From the NCBI GenBank assembly GCA_964035545.1, contig OZ037766.1, positions 30,866,773-30,930,772 of the forward strand: 64,000 nucleotides of DNA. Reading direction: 5' to 3'. Position 1 is the stretch's first letter, and each line of letters opens with the position of its first letter. Below the pieces are notes generated by a model that saw only the letters and a program-made list of their open reading frames with translations, was not told the DNA's origin and did not search any database. The translations under genes were made by a program, and so were the position numbers. The stretch comes from Bugula neritina (Eukaryota; Animalia; Bryozoa). Shown piece by piece: positions 43,867-58,698 of the stretch.

Positions 43867-44298
43867 ATGAAGGTCCTTTTCCTTGTTGTTGTCATTGCTG
43901 TTTGTCTCATGACCTTTGCCCCAGCTACTGAGGCAGCTCGCAGATGGGCTCATAAGGGAGTAAGTAACACGTTTATTTACATTCAGAGTTGTCTTTTCGA
44001 GTTGTAAATAAAAGCTAATTGCATGTAGTTTAGTTTTTAACCATTTGTTACAAGATTTCACTTTGGCCTAAGTCTGACGTATTATTATTCTCTAATAATC
44101 AAGCTATAGCATGATTTTACAAAGAAATCTCAACTATTTATCAAAACCTGCATTGCTGTTGGCATATATATCAATCTGGTAATATATAATTGTTTACAGA
44201 GATGTTGCCAGTATAGTGTCAAGAAAGTGTGCTATGGCCACGGATATCAAAGACGTTGTCACAAACAGCAAGTGTGTGTACGCCGTTGCTACCACTAA
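43867..44298 (+). CDS. Secreted cysteine-rich cationic peptide, locus 12 (subfamily B)
   Basis: Exons 43867-43959 and 44200-44298. MKVLFLVVVIAVCLMTFAPATEA-ARRWAHKG|RCCQYSVKKVCYGHGYQRRCHKQQVCVRRCYH*. Confidence 0.93.
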
Positions 44299-47200
44299 CT
44301 TGGGCTAACCTATGACCACCAATTCAAACATGGCTCTGGATATGGACTTCGAAACACTAAACAACAAACATTGCTACTAATATTTTGTTAATAACATTTT
44401 GACTATTTTTATATTGATTTGATTTTTGTTGATAAAAAAATAAATGGCATTATAAAACTCAGTCGTCAGACCAACTTGCAGTTATCAAATCTACACGAAT
44501 AAAATGTATTGAGCACCTGAAATACAAGGGTATCAAAATATCGAGGAACAGAAAAACTTATGCATGTAGTTTTAATAACAATTAAAACTTCATATCAGCA
44601 ATGTATGCAACATAATATAGGTTTCTTTAAAGTATGTGGATTTCAAATTTTTAAAAAGGTAACAATTTTGATGAAATATATGATTCAATTGCCATTATTG
44701 TTACAATATGGTATAGAACAGCCTATCAATGATATAAGATTTGTGAACAGACAAAATGCTTATACAATTGATAAATTTGCTACACTATCAAGTTTTCTTA
44801 TAAAATATATTGCATTTTGACTATATATATAAGAACATTGGCATTGTATCTCATTATACATATTTATTACATATAGATTGCAAAATCAGCGATACTGCTT
44901 ATAATATAGCTATGTTATAATAATATAGCCAAAATAAATGACATACTAAACATTGTGTTAATGCAAATCAAATAGTTAATGAAACTAGTTTTAAAAACCT
45001 TTAGCCAATTTTTAATAAAAGATATATTTATCATATTACAGCCAGGCATGGCAAAAAATCAGCAGCGAAATAAGTGAATACATTTATATCAGAGGTGCAA
45101 TAACTAGACAACCGTGGGTTGATTTTTTTTTGTTTTCTAGGTAGCTTCTCTATATCTTTTTAAGTATAGTACTCTCTTTTCAGTTTGCAAAAACATTGGT
45201 TTCCAACTGTGCTTTGCAAATTAAAAAAACTTTGCTGTTCCCTACCAGCTGTAATTTTAAAATTTCTACAAACAAGTTGCACAAAGTGCATCAATATAAT
45301 GCTTGAATTCAGCTAGCCGTGCATATCAGTGATAAATATATAAATAGTTAAATTATTATTAAAAACAAGAAAATATTGTACAATATATATATTACATTCG
45401 AAAACCAGCACATTTTTGATGGTAATAATTCTAACTTTCATCTTAAATATACTTTCAAGTTTATAGATCCAATAATATACTGCAAATTATAACTTTATAT
45501 TTTGTTTGAACTATTAATTAAGAGTTTTTTAATAATGCTGGGCAAAAACGGATATATTTTGTTGGTTGAGTACTTTTTATATTGTTTTGAAATATGTAAA
45601 TAAGTTTATTAAGTTATTTTCTTTGGGCCATCTCTCAGTATTTTCAACTAATATGAAAAAGTAGAATTTGAAAAGCTAAAAAAGAAAACAATTTTAGTTG
45701 AGATGCATAATAGTTTTGGATTCATCTAGCAGTAGCCCATGTATAGAGCAACAGCAAATATAATTAGCAAAGCATACTAATTTCATTATTCATGTATTTT
45801 TGATTATAATTAATTATAGTTGTGCTTAAACTCACATCTGACACACTAGTGTGACTGTAGATTATAAATAAGTGTTTATCAGCTAACATTTATGTAGATC
45901 ACTTTTTGCTTTCACTTTGCTTCTTTTACAAATTGTTATTCTAGTTTACGATGAACATAACATTAGATCTGGTTCGTGATCTGATCACATATAACATCTG
46001 TTACTAAACTATTTTAATTGAATATTTTTATTCATATAATCAATCAATCTGAGGCAAGGCAACTTTTTCAAGCTGTTTTTGTGTTTTCTTTTGGTAAACA
46101 CATAAATCAATTATTCAAAGTGGGGCTAGTCAATGCCTGTCACTCAAATTCAAGGAAACTTCACTGTCTATCACTATAAAATAGTGATAGACAGTGAAGT
46201 AGGAAATGCAGATATAACGATTTATTATTGTGACCTGCCAATCAGTCGCAGGTTATAAAAAGGTCAAAGGTACACTTGCAGTTATAAAACTGTTTTTATA
46301 ATTTGCTATTTAATAACTAAAACTTGGTTGTTTCATATATCTTAAAATGTTTTATAATGAGTTGCTATAGTCGCTATATTATATAGACACATTTTTTATT
46401 AGTTTTAAGCAAAAACTTATATATGGGGCAGCAAAGGCTACTAAGCAAGGGTAAACCTCATTTTGATGAATCTATTAATTGTTTTGTTTACTCATAAAAA
46501 ATGCCTCAAGTTTTGAAGCATGATCAAACTAGCAGCAATATTTAAATATCACTGCTGCTTATATATTGAGCGGTCACATAATAAAAGGCAAGACTGCTAA
46601 TTAAAGGCTGACACATAACATAATTGTGTCCTAAATGCTTTAGTACAGCAGTTGAATATGAAAGCATAAAGCATTCCTTTAATTACTATAATAGGGTTTT
46701 TGTCAGAGGTAATATAATATAGTATATTGCTTATAGCTTGGTTCAGCTAGTCATCATATTGAAGAACCAACTAATCCAAAAAATTATGGCCATGCTTGAG
46801 AACTTCAACTATTTTAACAAAATCATCTTCTAAGATATACAATAGGCCTAAATGTAATTAACTTTATTAAACATTTTTCCATTCATGATTAGGCTTATTT
46901 TAGCTTGCGTTTGATTTTATTTCAGTAATGAATAAAAGTTGTAAAAATAAACAGCACTCACAGCTTTATTATTGTAGATACTTATTTGATCAATGATTGA
47001 AATTAAGTGAAAATTTCCAACTAGTATAGGCAACCAAACTATAGAAATTCAAAGCACAATTACTTCAAAAAACTCAGCTGTATTTGAAAAAATTGATCAT
47101 TGATGTCTTTTTTAGCCAAGCATGAAAAATTACAAATTTAAATGGAAGGTAATATGCAGTTTCAAAAAGTGAATTTATAAGCAAAGTTTTATACAGACAG

Positions 47201-50190
47201 CAATAAATTTTTCTTATATTACAGACATTTTGGCACTAATTTAAAAGGAAAATGCTTGATGTGTCAAGGATGGTATACTTATAGACGGTGCCAAATGTAA
47301 AATAAAAAGACTCGGCATATATATTTTCAATCATTTCGAACTTAAATTTTCAGATTCAACACATGCACGTAAGAGTTTACCGGCAAACAACCTCTTACAT
47401 TAATGTAAATATTCTTGTGAAAATCTATATAGTAATAGTAGATTTGTAAATTCTTAATTTAGGTATATAGCAATCTAAAAGTTATATTAGAATTGCAACA
47501 TCGTTTAGTGACATAAAAAATCGTTTCTATATATATATAACTTATAGCTGAGTTTCCTATTGGTTATTGTTTTTAGCCTATTTCAATTATTAAATATTAC
47601 CAGAGAACCTTCTCTATTTTAGTGCCAAGTTAAGTTATTCTTTTTATTGAGTGCTAACTTAAAATGCTGATAGTTTCATTTTCCCAGCATTTGCAATAAC
47701 ACCTTTAGTTATATTTGAGCTAAAACAATACAAAACTATTGATTAAATGACAAAAACACAGGTTATATTAACTGTGACGATATGGTTTTAATAATTTTTT
47801 TGCAGTACAAAAATAAAAGAAACTATGTTTGCAAGCCGATGGTCTGTGGTACGAATCTCGGTGAGGGCAATTATTTTACATTTTTAAATGGCAATCAACT
47901 AAAAATTTGGCACCAATTAAGATGATTTGGAAAAATTAAAACCGATAGAGTCTTTGTCATAAACAAGCTAAGCATGCAGTTACTATCTGAATTTTTTATG
48001 GTAATGTTTTTAATGGGAGTCATTTTTATCAACTATTTTTCAAAGCATTACTAATTTAAGGTCTTAAAAACATCAAAAAACGAGCTTAAATCTACTCAAT
48101 AAAAAATGCACAAAGCATATTTGTTTTTGGATTATTTTAAAATATTACATACATTCAGATTTTGCTGAATAATTTATTTTAGTTTTACTGTCTACTGTAA
48201 TATTTTTTATTAGCTTATGAAAAGCAGAACTTAACCATGATTATTAGAGAATTTAAAGCAGAAAGCAAATAATATTTGTTCCATTACTCTATTAGAGTGT
48301 TCATATAACAGTTTGGCAAGCAAGAGAGCACAACTCTGCCAGGCCATCAGCAGTTTCAGAAAGACATGATTCCATCTGACGCAGCTGAAGGTTTTTGTAT
48401 AAGCATATCTGCAAAATTTGTGCAAAGAACTACATTTGCAGTATTTTGAATTCAAATTAATTTTAAATTTAAATTTATTTTATCAACTTGTCATATAACC
48501 CATTCTAACTTATAGCTTAGATTAGTGGATCATTTATACAAATTAAAGGCATGTGAATGAAAATTGATCTTCTTTAATTTTAAAGACATTTTCAATGGTA
48601 GTATGTACAATTTTTCCAGTCAAAAATTTGTGTTGGTTTTAATATATAAAGTATTAATTTTACCTGCTCGCACATACCTACAACAAACTTTCATCTTTTT
48701 AAACTTGGGTCATCTGTAGTTGAGTGCTATATATAAAATATTGGAGTTGAGGTCTAAATATTTCAAAATGTTCAAAAGATGACATTCTACCATTTATCAA
48801 CTGAATGGGTATGTGTTAACATTTTAGTAGTAATGCATACAAAGCGTAACATTATGAGATTAAGTTTTACTCAAAACGTAATGAAGTTGAGTCGTAGAGA
48901 AATAGTGAGTAACAATTGTGCATAAATCATCAAATTTTTATCCTAAAGTCTGCATAACAATAAAACTATATAATAATATAATATATATAAATATACAACA
49001 GAAGCTAACTGAATTAAATATTTACTATTGTTTTCAAAGCTTTTGTTGTATAATATCAAAACACTAAAAATATCAACAAGAAGGAGCAAAAAACACATAA
49101 CTTTCAAATTCATGAGCAGTAGTAGAAAATGAAAAATCCGCATGCCAAATAAGAACTGCGATGTAAGCATGTATAATAATTAAAATAGAAACAGGAAAAT
49201 TCAAAGAAGATTAATTAATTTGTTTTTTTTTGCAGAGTCACATGTCTAGTGTATGTAGCCAAGCTTTGTTCGATTGCAAAACTTTCTCAGTATAAAAGCT
49301 GGAGACAAACTTGTGAAAGTTATAACTGATAGTGTTTCAACTACCACAGTCAAACAAAGTGAGTATTTAAATACTATATGTTAATTAATATATTGTAAAC
49401 TTATTAAAATTTTATGGTAAAGTTGCAAAATAAAATTACTTTGTTGAGAAAACTGTCAAAATAATTGTTTCACTTTTATCGTAAGTCACCAAAACTTTAA
49501 TCTTTTATTTCACGAAAATACAGTATTGTGAAGATACTAAAATGAAATTTTGATGAAAATAATTTGTTGAGGTTTATTTTATTTATTTGATATATATTTT
49601 TATAGTTATGATTAAAACTTTGGTATTTTGGTAGCTGATACCTTCAACTGGTTGCTTTTTTGTATAACAGAGTGAATAATCAAACTGGTAACTTAGAAAT
49701 GAGCTTTGCCAATAAAAAGTTGATTTTAAATTTATTCTCTTTTATAGCAAACTTGAAAATTTGCGGAGCTATGTTTTTATCAACTTTTTCTACAATAAAA
49801 TTATTTTGATTTTGCTCTGAAACTATAAAAATCAAATTTAAAAAATATGAAAGTTCTATTTTTCTAAAAGATGCATTTGAATAGACTGAAATTGACTTCT
49901 GTGACTAATTTTTTGTCTATAAATCAATCAGCAAAAACAATTTAAATAAATTCGAATAAAAAACACTTGGCACAAAACACCCACAAGACAAATGTCTTAT
50001 TTGCTAAAGTTATCTTGCTACTCCCTTCCCTGAAATAATTCTAATCTCATGACTGCATATTATAGATGCTGCACACAAAAACATGTTTTAAATTGTTCAG
50101 AAAATTAATTAAACACCTTGCTGGAATAAACTTACAATTCAGATTGGATGTCTTCTAACATTTTACGTTTTGAATTTAAAGAAAATCATC

Positions 50191-50627
50191 ATGAAGGTTC
50201 TTTTCCTGGTTGTTGTCATTGCTGTTTGTCTCATGACCTTTGCCCCAGCTACTGAGGCTCGCAGACCGCCTCCTAAAGTAAGTAACATAATTATCTATCT
50301 ACAGAGTTGACGTTTTGGGTTGCAAGTTATAAATAAGCTAATTGCACTTGGTTCAGCTTTGAAATATTTGTTACAAGATCTTAATTTAGCTAAAGTCTTG
50401 CATATTATTCTCTATATTTAATCAAACTATAGCATGATTTTATAAAGAAAGCTTCACTATTTATCTTGACCTGCATTTGTATAGATTACTGCTGGCATAT
50501 ATTCATCTGGTAATATAATTGTTCATAGAGATGTTGTCAGTATGCTTACCGGACAGTATGCCGCGGCTATGGATACTACCCTAGGTGCATCCAAAAGAAA
50601 GTATGCAAACGTCCCTGCTACCATTAA
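50191..50627 (+). CDS. Secreted cysteine-rich cationic peptide, locus 13 (subfamily B)
   Basis: Exons 50191-50277 and 50529-50627. MKVLFLVVVIAVCLMTFAPATEA-RRPPPK|RCCQYAYRTVCRGYGYYPRCIQKKVCKRPCYH*. The intron 1 acceptor is a weaker AAG. TATAAAA 49291-49297. Confidence 0.91.
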
Positions 50628-51408
50628 TCTGGGCTAATCTATGACCACCAATTCAAACATGGCTCTGGATATGGACATGGAAAAACTATAAAACAACACA
50701 CATTTCTACTAATTTGTTAATAATTTTTTGACTACTATTTTTATATTGATTAAAGATTTTTCTTGATAAAAAATAAATGGCATTATAAAACTGAAATATA
50801 AGAGTATCAAAAGAAGGAACAGAAAAGTTTATGCATGCAGCTTAGTAACAACTGAAACTTTTAAAAGAGCAATGCCCGCAACATAATAGTTGAGTAGCTT
50901 TGAAAATGTGAAAATTTTTTTGAAATAATGATTCAAGTGCCATTAATGTCAATAAGTCAGATTGAGCAGTCTATCAATGATATAAAATTTGTTAGCAAGC
51001 AAAATATCTATGAAATTATAAAATAGTTGATGGGGCTACTTTTAAAAGATTTTTTTCAATTTTCATTTAAAACATATTCATCATCTCACAGCCAGCAGCA
51101 AAATGGCAACAACTGGTAGATCCATTTATATCAGGGGCCAGGGGGGAGGGTGTTATAACTGGACAAGTGGGTGTTGAGTTTTAAGAAGAGTAAAACTTGA
51201 AAAGCTAAAAAGTAAAAAATAGTCCCACTCCAGATGCATAACAATTGTTGATCTATCTAGCAGCTAGTGGCCCATCTAAAGCAATAATACATTTTAAACA
51301 AGAAAGAGTAAATTCCATAGTTATTACTGTATTTTTGATAGTCATATTAGTTGTGTTTAAACTCAGACCTGATACACTCGTGTTACTATAACATTATATA
51401 TAGATGTT

Positions 51409-51455
51409 TGATTGATTGATCGATCGATTGATTGATTGATAGATTGATTGATTGG

Positions 51456-51494
<39 letters not shown>

Positions 51495-51496
51495 AT
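51409..51496. repeat. (GATT)n microsatellite
   Basis: Directly visible. Confidence 0.95.
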
Positions 51497-53977
51497 TTAT
51501 TATATACATATCATGCACAGACATGAAGACACATTGCCAAACTCAGTGTAAACACTGGCCAAAATAACTAGGCATGAACAGAAATAGAAAAAAAATTTAG
51601 AACTCTTTTGGATTATTTAAAATAAACGATCATTCCAAGTATTTACAAGATGTCATAAAAAGCTATCTCTTCTCTGCATGTTCCTTTATGTTTGATGGTT
51701 CAATATCTTCCAGAAGGGCATTGACTCAAACACCCATTGAAAAAATGGCCATCGCCAACTATATATTTGATGGCAATTGCTTTAGTCATAGTTTCTGAAC
51801 ACACAAATCTTTTATATTTCATGATATACCCAAATACCAAATTTAGAGCAGTCTTGGAAAATCTTTATGATAGCTTTTTGTCACTGGCATAGATACAAGT
51901 TAAAAAAATAGGTAAACAATAGGAGATGAGGGACATGATGAAACTTTTGAATGAAATATTTGCTATAAAAGGTTTAGAACTAAAATACACGCAAAGTTAT
52001 CTAAAATTTATGTAGATTATTCAATAATACTTGCACTTTGCTTTCATTGAACAATTAATTTGATATTTTAGGTTACAATTAATCTAACATAACATGTGGT
52101 TTGTGATCCAAATACTGAAATATATAAAACCTGTCGCTAACTTTTATTTGAATATTTTTATTATTATTGACCAATCAGAGGCAAAAAAAATTTTTCTAGC
52201 TATTTGTATCTCTTTTGGTAAAAGATGAATCAAATATTTGAAGTGGGGCTAGTCAATGCCTGTCACCCAAACAAGGAAACCTAACTCTTCAGTCAACTGT
52301 AAAATAGTGATAGACAGGGAAGTAGGAAATGCAGATAATATTTATTATTGTCACCTGCCAATAGTTCACGGCTACAAAACAGTTGAAGGTACACTTGTAC
52401 GCGCCTATATATGAAACTGTTTGCTATATAATAAAGCTTTTTTGTTTCATATGTTTAAATCAGTTTCATAATGAATTATTACAGGCACAGTTTTTATTAG
52501 TTCTTACAAAAGAACTATAATAATGCAAGTTAATGGAAAACCTCATTTTGTTAACGTCATTGCTGTGTCTACTTATCATAAAAATGACTTAAGTTTTTGG
52601 AGCACAAACGAGCAACAAAATTTAAATATCACAGCTGTCTATTTAAGCAGTTACCTAATAAAAGGCACGACTGCCTAAAGGCTAACATTACATAATTATA
52701 CCCTATATATATATATATATATATATATTAACTTTAACGAAGATGTTGCTGTTTGTAGATCACGTATATTTTAGCTTGTGTGTTTGATTTTATGCTGTGT
52801 TAACAAACAGCAAGCACAACTATGTTATAAATATTTAATAGCAATTGACTAAAACTTTAGAACCAAGCTAATTTAGAGAAATCAAAGTTGGAGTTGTTTT
52901 GTTATAAACAAGCTAAGCATGCAGTTATGTTAAATTCACGGGCAGTAGTAGTAGGAGGAAATGAAAAGTTCACATGCCAAATGAAAGCTGCGTGTAAGCA
53001 TGTACAGGGAAATGCAAAGAAGATTCATTAATTTGTCTTTCTGTTGAGTCATATGTTTAGTGTATGTAGCAAAGCTTTATTAAATTGCAAAACTTTCTCA
53101 GTATAAAAGCTGGAGACAAACTTGAGAAAGTTATAACTGATAGTGTTTCAACTACCACAGTCAAACAAAGTGAGTATTTATAAATACTATGTGATGGTTA
53201 TTATACTGTAAATTTATTAAAATGTTATGATAATTAAAGTTGCAAAATAAAAATACATTTCTAAGAAAACAGTCAAAATAATTGTTTTACTTTTATCTTA
53301 AGCTAACAAAATATTAATTCAGTTTTATTTCCTGAAGATACAATACTGTGAAAATAACAAAATGAAACTCTAATAAATTTTTTTTTGAGGTTTATTTTAT
53401 TTATTTAGTTTATATTTTCATAATTTTAATTAAATCTTTGGTATTTTGGTAGCTGATACCTTCAACTGGTTGCTTTTTTGTATAACATAGTGAATAATCA
53501 AACTGGTAACTTAGAAATGAGCTTTTATGCCTATAAAAATTATTTTTAAATTTATCCTGTTCAGCAAGCCTAAAAACTTGTTGAGTCATACTTTTACCAA
53601 ATTTTTCTGCAATAAAATTCTAATTGCAGTCTAAAACTAAAATCAAATTGAAAAGATTTGAAAATTTAACTTTTTCAAAAATGCATTTGAATTGACTGGA
53701 ATCAATTTTTTTGACTAGGTTTTTGCCTATAACTCAATCAGCAAAGACAATTGATAAATAAATTTGAATAAAAACACTTTTTATAAAATTACCACAAGAC
53801 AAAATGTTTACTTGCTGAAACAATCTTGCTATTTTTCGATCATGCTAGTCTCATGGCTACTATGCAAAAAAAGCTTTTTTTTCAAAAGTTATAAATTAAA
53901 AAACTCGCTGGAAAACCTTGCAATTTACATTTGATATATTCTAACATTTTATATTTTAAATTTGCAGAAAAATCATC

Positions 53978-54409
53978 ATGAAGGTTCTTTTCTTTGTTGT
54001 TGTCATTGCTGCTTGTCTGATGACTTTTGCCTCAGCTAATGGAGCTAATAGACCGCTTCAGCAGACAGTGAGTTTAACATGTAAATATTTATCTTTAGAG
54101 TTGACTTTCAGGTTGCTATTAAAAGCTGATTGTCTTACAATTCAAATATTTGTTACAAAAGTTGAATTTGGCCAAAGTCTGGTATCTCATTCTCTATTAA
54201 ATAAACTGAAAAACGATTTCACAAAAAAGATACCAATATTTATCAAAACCTGCATTTGTGTACATTATTGTTAGCATATATTGATCTGGTAATGTAATTG
54301 TTTACAGAATCGATGTTGTCGGTATGAATACGAAAGATTTTGCCATGGCCTTGGATATGACAGGAAATGTTTTGATAAGAAAGTGTGCATACTCGATTGC
54401 TACCACTAA
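53978..54409 (+). CDS. Secreted cysteine-rich peptide, locus 14 (subfamily B, acid-enriched)
   Basis: Exons 53978-54067 and 54308-54409. MKVLFFVVVIAACLMTFASANGANRPLQQT|NRCCRYEYERFCHGLGYDRKCFDKKVCILDCYH*. TATAAAA 53102-53108. Confidence 0.92.
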
Positions 54410-57383
54410 CTTGGGCTAATCTATAACTAGCAAATCGAACATGGCTCTGGGTATGGGCTTTGAAAAACTAAACAACATACGTTTCTTTTAATTTTCTAAT
54501 AATTTTTAACCATTTTTATATATTGATTGACATGACATTGTATCTCATTACATAGTTGTTACAATATATAACAAATTGCAAAAGTACTATTGCCTATATA
54601 TATTTAAAATAGACAACACTAAACATTTTGCTGCAGATACATGCAAATAGCTGATGAGGCTATACTTTTAAAAGAAACTTTCCCATTTCTATATTAAGAA
54701 TATCCTCATCATATATCACAGCCAGCAGCAAAACTCCTGCAACTGTAAGCAGATATATTTTTATATCAGAGAGGGGGAGGGGTGTGCGTGTTGAGTTTTA
54801 TGTTGTTTTACTACAAAAAAACACTGCAGGAGTTAGGAATACATGCAATGAATTGATAACATGTAAAACTAATCTTAGCTTTAATATATATAGTCCACTT
54901 TTTTGTGTTTTCAAGTATATAACATTCTACTTTCAGTTTGCGAAAGCATTAGTTTAAACTGTACTTTAAGGATTAAGTAATTTCCCTGTTCCTTGCCAGC
55001 TCTAATTTAAAATGTTCTATGGCAGACTTGTACAAAATCTATCAACATAAAAATTAAATGCAGACGTGCATTTCTGTAATAATATAAAAGCTAAATAAAT
55101 TATTGAAAACAAGAAAGATTTCACACTAGAAAACAAGTAACTTTTTGATGGTAGCATGCCAACTTTTATCTCAACTACTTTATGTTAAAATTATAGATCT
55201 AATATAATGCTGCAAATGATAAATTTACTTTGCTTGCATTATTAATTAACATTTTTTTAAAGTGTTGGTCAGAAACAAAATATTTTGTTGGTTGAGTACT
55301 TTTTATATTGTTTTGAAACTTATGAATGAGTTTATTTAGTTTTTTAACTGGGGTACCTTATATCAGTATTTTTTACAAATATAAGAAAAGCAAAACTTGA
55401 TTAAAAGGAAACAGTTTTAGTTGAGATGCATAAATGTTTTTGATCTCTCTAGCTGTGGTCCATGTATAAAGCAACAGTAAATATTAAGCAAAGCATACTA
55501 TTCATGTGGGCCTATTTTTGGTAGTTATTTTAGTTGCGCTTAAACTCACACCTGATACACTACATAGCAATACTATAAGACTGTAAATAAGTGTTCATAA
55601 TCTAAGATTTATGCAGATCATTCATGTTACACTTGCACTTTGCTTTCATTGCAAATTGATATTTCAGGTTATGATTAATCTATAAGCATAACATTTGGTC
55701 CGTGATCCAAATTATACTGAAATATGTATAGAAAACCTTTTACCAAACTGTAATTGAATATTATTATTCAAATTAACCAATCAGAGGCAAGAAAATTTAG
55801 TTAGCCTATATTCATGTATCTTTTTTGGTAAACACAATTATCAAAGATTCGAAGTGTGGCTTATAGTCAATGCCTGTCACTTAAACAAGGAAACTTGACT
55901 TGTCAGTCAACCATGCATGAAATAGTAATAGACCGTGAAGAAGGAAATGCAGATAATGTTTATTATTGTGACCTGCCAATAGTTCACGGGCTACAAAACA
56001 GTTTAACGTACACTTGCAGTAATGAAACTTTTTTGTAATTTGCTACATAATAATTAAAGCTTGGTTGTTTCATATTTTTAAATCTGATTCATAAAGAGTT
56101 GCAAGACACTTTTTTATGAGTTTTTACAGAAGAACTATACTAAGGCAAGTTTGTGCATGGTAAAACTAATTCTATATTAACATCAAATTGTTGCGTTAAC
56201 CTATAATAAAGTATGGCATAGATTTTTGAGTGAAAACTAGCAAAAAAATTTCAGCACCAAAATTTAAATATCACAGCTGTCTATTTAAGCAATTAGCTAA
56301 TAAAAGGCAGGACTGCCTGGGGGCTCACATAACATAATTATACCCTGAACGCTTTAGTACTGGTTTAATATCAAAGGATCAAGCTTTCCTATAAGTTAAT
56401 TATATATAAGCGCTTCTTTCAAATATAAGGCAGTATATATCCACTATTTTGGCTAATCAACATACCAAGTTTGAGAGATGTTATGCTGAAGTAGCATCTT
56501 TGCAAATTCAAAGAATTTGTAGCCATAACACTGTGAATTAATATATACGATCATATTTCTCTAAAATGGAGAAGTCTATTTACATGAATAATTTCAATGA
56601 TTCCACTGCACTATTTAACTCTTTTTATGCAAGTTTTCATGATGACTGAGCTTTCTCTAATTTCATAAATTGCCAGATGATAGTTATGCATCATGTAGGA
56701 ACAGGGTATTGTCAACATTTGATAAGTAACCCTGGGAAATAAGCTGAATTAAATATACTCATGCATGATTGTGAAGAAATTGCTCTATATGTATTAAAAT
56801 AATCCAACATAACAAAAAATTAAAGAAGTAACAGAAAAAAATAAATAGCTCTAAAATTCATGAGCAACCCAAGCGCTGACAAAAGGAATAACTTAAAAAG
56901 GTGGGGCAGAAAATGAAAAATCATAATGCAAAATTAAAACTGGGTGTAAACTTGCATAATAATCAAAAGGGAGGCAGGCAAATGCAAAGAAGATTAATTC
57001 ATTTGTCTTCTTGTAGAGTCACATGTCTATAGATCAGTAGAAAAGCTTTCTTTATAGGTTACAAAATTTTCTCAGTATAAAAGCTGGACAGAAACTCAAG
57101 AAAATTATAACTGATAGTGTCTCAACTATAGCGAAGCATAAACAAAGTGAGTATATTCGAATATTCTTCAAGTTAATAAATTTTTTAGTCATTTGAAATT
57201 ATTGATAAGGTTAAGAAGTGCAATTACGTTTTTACAAAATCAAGTATAATAATTTACAAGAATTTTTATACAAGTTGCAGCGATTTTCGGTTCAATTTCA
57301 CTTCATAAAAATGTGATATTTTAAAAATATTAAACAAAAATTAAAAGAAAAATATTTTTTAAAGTTTGTTTCATTTGTTCAAT

Positions 57384-57662
<279 letters not shown>

Positions 57663-58267
57663 CAAATTATTATTTGAAACTTTGATTTTTCATTGTCTTA
57701 CAGATTACAATTTAAACTGGCTGCTATTCTGTATTAGATATAGTGAATAATCAGATGTGCAGCTGAAAATAAGCTTTTGTAAATAAAAGTTAGCTTTAAA
57801 GTTATTTTGTTTAGCAAACTTAAAGTTTTTCTGAAATATATATTTTTACCAATTTTTTTACAATGGATTTATTTTGATTTTGCTATGACACTGAAAGCAA
57901 ATTTAAAAAATAGCAATGTATAACTTTCTAAAAAAACTATATATGAATTGACTGAAGTTGATTTTTGAAAAACATTTTTGTTTATATACTAGCAATTCAA
58001 GTAGCAAAAAGAAACAGTTTCAATAAATTTTGATTAACAAATCTTGGCATAAACTATTTATGCAGATGACAAAATGCTTAGTTGTTAAAACTAAATAAGT
58101 ATGTAGTAAATAGTAACATAACTGCATATATATATAGCTGCTAAATCATGAAAAGTATGATTTTCCAAAAATTAATTACACACATTATTACTGAAATCAC
58201 ACTGCAATTCATAGATCACAATTAATGTTTTATTATATTGCAATGTTTGAATTTACAGAAAATCATC

Positions 58268-58698
58268 ATGAAGGTTCTATTTCTTGTCGCTGTCATTGCT
58301 ATTTGTCTGATGACCTTTGCCCCAGCCACAGGAGATGATACATCAGCTATAACTGAGGAAGGTAGACGAATTCATAGGAGAGTAAGTTATAGTACCATTG
58401 TCTGTCTTCAGAGTTAACTTTTTGTGTCATAAGTAAAAGGTATTAGGTTTTTATTTCTGTGTTGAAAGAGTTGTTATACAAAATCTGAATTTGCCAAAGT
58501 CTGGTGTCTCATTCTCTATGACTACTAAGCAATACAAGCATTTGTATGCATTACTGTTAGCATATATCAATCTGGTAATATAATTGTTTACAGAAATGTT
58601 GTCAGTATGGTGTCAAGAAAGTGTGCTATGGCCAGGGATATCGAAGACGTTGTCGCAAACAGAGAGTGTGTGTACGTCGTTGCTATATATACCATTAA
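58268..58698 (+). CDS. Secreted cysteine-rich cationic peptide with acidic pro-segment, locus 15 (subfamily B)
   Basis: Exons 58268-58381 and 58594-58698. MKVLFLVAVIAICLMTFAPATG-DDTSAITEEGRRIHRR|KCCQYGVKKVCYGQGYRRRCRKQRVCVRRCYIYH*. TATAAAA 57076-57082. Confidence 0.93.

Noticed and set aside
47827-47870. GGTACGAATCTCGG resembling a tRNA T-loop/B box
   Set aside because: No cloverleaf or acceptor stem can be built; at most a decayed repeat fragment.
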